Below are positions 42,963 through 45,809 of a stretch of 45,809 bases of DNA, piece after piece. The position numbers were made by a program, and so were the translations under genes. The stretch comes from Macrostomum lignano (taxonomy: Eukaryota). Location of the stretch: the NCBI GenBank assembly GCA_002269645.1, contig NIVC01004442.1, positions 1 through 45,809 of the forward strand. The letters are read 5' to 3'. Positions within the stretch are counted from its first letter, which is position 1. Each line of letters starts with the position of its first letter. The notes below the pieces were generated by a model that was given only the letters and a program-made list of their open reading frames with translations, searched no databases and was not told where the DNA came from.

Positions 42963-43737
42963 GGGGATTACCTTAAATCTCAAGCCTCTTCAGTGGGAAG
43001 TTCTCTTAGCTCTCAGTAGCGTAGGTAGTGCTGCCACCAGTCCCTTCGGGTCTCGGCCTTCCATGAGGTGAGCTTCCCTTTGGAACGAAATAATGAAGTC
43101 AACGAACACAGCACAGCGTGCAGATTTTAGAGCACAATATATAGGGCGTCTTGTCAGCAGTACCTGCCAGGCTAGGATGGTACAGGGAGGGCTGAGTTAG
43201 CCTCTCGTAGACTTGGGTTGGCTTGGTCGGGTCTCAGTCGGAGCAATAGGAATAGAATCAATGTGCGCAAAGACTCGGACACTTGGGACTTAGTCACATG
43301 CAGGCGTAGAACTCGAGGTTGGACAGAAAGAAGACTCCTTGACGGAAACAAGGGGGAGAGGGCTCCTATTTATAGCCGAGAAACACCCGCGCTCAAGACC
43401 TCGTGACTTGTTCTATTTTTAGAACTGACATCACTCAAGAGTCTTGGACAGGGTACAAGCGCGCGGAAGACCTCGTGACTTGTTCTATTTTTAGAACTGA
43501 CGTCACTTGAGGGTCCCCCGGCAGAGTGCACATGGCTGTGACTCAGTTGCTATTTTTAGCAACATGAGTCACTCCTCTCCCTAGAGAAGGGAGGGGTCCG
43601 AAAGCATGTGACTCACCCAGTAAACAGGGCCAACGAGTGCAGTAAACATGTTTACTGCACTTTAAGACTCAAAGAATGCAAGAACTGTCATGTGACTTGT
43701 TCACATGACAGAGGAAAACAGGACGGAAGCAAAACAG
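42963..43737 (-). mobile_element. LTR-like element (main part; its terminal ~25 bp lie at 37551-37576, split off by the LINE insertion)
   Basis: Inverted termini (C)TGTTTGCTTCC (37551-37562) and GGAAGCAAAACA(G) (43725-43737); minus-strand TATA CTATAAATAG at 43366-43375; tandem enhancer-like repeats upstream of it. The outer boundary could alternatively be CAAACA at 44349. Confidence 0.55.
43366..43710 (-). promoter_or_regulatory. TATA box plus clustered palindromic motifs (MEF2, AP-1/CRE and forkhead consensus matches)
   Basis: CTATTTTTAG at 43413, 43485 and 43550; TGACGTCA 43498; TGACTCA 43539 and 43608; TGAGTCA 43565; 26-bp perfect palindrome 43636-43661 containing GTAAACA/TGTTTAC. These are motif matches only. 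Confidence 0.5.
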
Positions 43738-45524
43738 AGACAGCCCACAGTCGAGAGACTGAGGGCTGAGAACGGAAACGCAGCAGGGCGAAAAGACACG
43801 GGGGCAACAGGCAAACGAAATGAGGGCGGGAAGCTGACCAGCGGCAGACAGCAACCCAAAGAGAGGACAAGGGAACGGCTGACAAGGGCGACGCCTAACC
43901 ATAAACTAGTGGCTAAAACTACACTCTCCCCGTTCAAATAAAGAGGCGGAGTGAAGGCGGAGCGTGCCTTTATTTAAAAAGTTAAAATGTTGGCTATACT
44001 TCAAACAGTTGGCCATGGCAAAAGGTTGGAGTGTCACATGGCGCGTAACAAGGGCTGGGTCAAGGCCCGTAGTGTGACCCGAGTTGAATGCACACGATCA
44101 GAAAAGAGGGGGGCGCCAGCCCCAGCAAAAGGGCGCCTAAATGCCGGGATGCAGATGACAGGTGCAGAGCCCATAAAAGGTGAGGGCGCCTCCATGGGCA
44201 TAAAAGAGCAAATGTACTGTTATTGCAAGTGGGTTGCCCACACCAAGGCAGAGCCCAAGAAAAGACTAAACGCGGAGAGGCCGGAAGACCCTTGGGTGTG
44301 AAGAAGGAGGACAATCATCCTTGAGCAGCTCGGGGTGCCTGCCCAAACAAAAGAAAAGTGCCTAAATATAAATCACCATGACATGGCATTAATGTTTGGC
44401 ATGCAGCTTAATGGGCGGAGAGCTTTTAGGTTTACTCTGAGTTCACGTCGCAATTCTCAATGATAGCCGGGCCACCGGCGTACGCCCAGCGATCTGGCAG
44501 CCGCGAACCGGCCGACATAGCTACCGCCTCCGGGAACCTGGGCCGATGGATATTGGGGCGGCGACATCGCGGCATCATCTAGCAGCCGCTGCCGGTCTTT
44601 GTCGACGAGGGCGCGGAGCATGGACCATCGTGGCCACTCGCGGCCCGTCGGAAGCGTCCCAACGTGAGCAGCCGTCGTCAACAGCCGGGCAATATGGTAG
44701 ACCGCGGCTACATAGTGTCAATAGCCATTCGGAGTCCAGTGGGTATGGCCTCAGCTTCCAGGTGGTCAGGAGCTGGCTCAATGTCAGGCGACAGAATGGC
44801 GCGATGGCTGCGGCGACAGTTGGGCTCTCGGGCAAATTCGGCGGGGCCGGAGGCGAGCTAAGGTCCGGTGAGCCTGTCGCCGAAATAGCAGTCAAGCACT
44901 GCGCGACGTCTCCGACCGGGCTAGTCGCTCGTGAGTGGCCGCCTCACAACAGCCGGCGGCATCCGGGTCATCCTCGGGAACCGTCGGCAATAACGGCGAG
45001 CCTTCGCTCGCGGGGAGACGAGCTCAACCCGCAGCTCAGGGCCGACTAGCCGGAGGACCTGTGGTACTGCGGGAAAGTTGAGCTGCAGCCTGGCCAGCTT
45101 CCAGCTTGGCTTCCACGCCCAGAGTCGAGGCCGAAGCCCCGGCTCCGAGGTGGTCGCCGCAGGCGGCTTCCGGGCCGGGAATGTAGGCTCGGCCTTTGGG
45201 CAGCGGAGAGTCAGCCTCCTGTGATCGACTGGGCCTCCAGGCCCGGCGCTGCCGCTCGAGCTCGCGATCGACTTGAGCGACAAGGGCCGCATTGAGCTGC
45301 CTGACGTTGTTCAGCCGCAGGCGACTGGACGCGCCGCACTGGGGCCGGGGACTTTTCGTTCGTGAAATCAATGAAGACCTCACGCGAAGCACCGGCGTCC
45401 AGTTGTGCCCCGTACCCCTACGGCACGCCTCAGGCAGGGAGCGGCGCTCCGCGCGTGGCGAACGTCGGCGAGACAGGCGGCAGGTGACTCTGGCCTGGCT
45501 GAGGGCCTGCCGATCCTCAAGTTC

Positions 45525-45809
45525 TTCAAGTAACCTCACAACTCAGTGTTACAGCAGCCACGGCGTCTAATCGGTGTCACATTCCCTCAAAGTACTTTCC
45601 ATCACTATCTATGCACATCGCAATGCATATGCACCATGTCTGAAAGCAGTCATGGTACTTTGAAGTTGGTATACCTGTAGAGCTGAATGTACCGCTTGGG
45701 CAAGGTCTTGTATGTGTGAAAATGGCCTCCCAGAAATGACGCATTTGATCCTTGGAACAGCCAAAGTCGCATGGTGCTAGGTCTGGAGAGAAGGGTGGAT
45801 AGGGCAGCA
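45525..45809 (-). pseudogene. 3' end of a mariner transposase plus partial TIR, cut by the window end
   Basis: LPYPPFSPDLAPCDF...SGRPF...DLAQAV...FQTW...CIDSDGKYFEGM* with frameshifts: the YSPDLAPxD motif and the classic mariner C-terminus. Stop at 45577-45579. Confidence 0.88.

Overview
Repeat-rich eukaryotic (metazoan invertebrate-type) genomic DNA with spliceosomal GT-AG introns. There is no operon, CRISPR array, rRNA or tRNA that I can support. Three host genes are readable. (1) A 6-exon ceramide synthase of the homeobox-less CerS1/LAG1 type (+, 24370-30686, 374 aa); four of its five introns carry private minisatellites. (2,3) A tandem pair of divergent paralogues (-, exon 1 at 13568-14044 and 20489-21001) encoding small type-I membrane proteins: signal peptide, 6-Cys ectodomain, one TM helix, short tail. 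I recognise no family for them. Both have a phase-0 intron right after ...QM, filled with the same GACA/GACACTAA repeat system; in one gene it is a ~7 kb, ~870-unit 8-bp satellite with higher-order structure. The rest is mobile DNA: a near full-length LOA-like non-LTR retrotransposon (APE-RT-RNase H, 13-bp TSD) inserted near the end of an LTR-like promoter element, nested hAT-type MITEs, a MULE-type MITE, two long-TIR foldback elements, mariner, Tc1/IS630, MULE and RTE remnants. The repeat style and RTE peptide remind me of a free-living flatworm such as Macrostomum, but that is inference only. All coordinates were read by hand and repeat boundaries are approximate.
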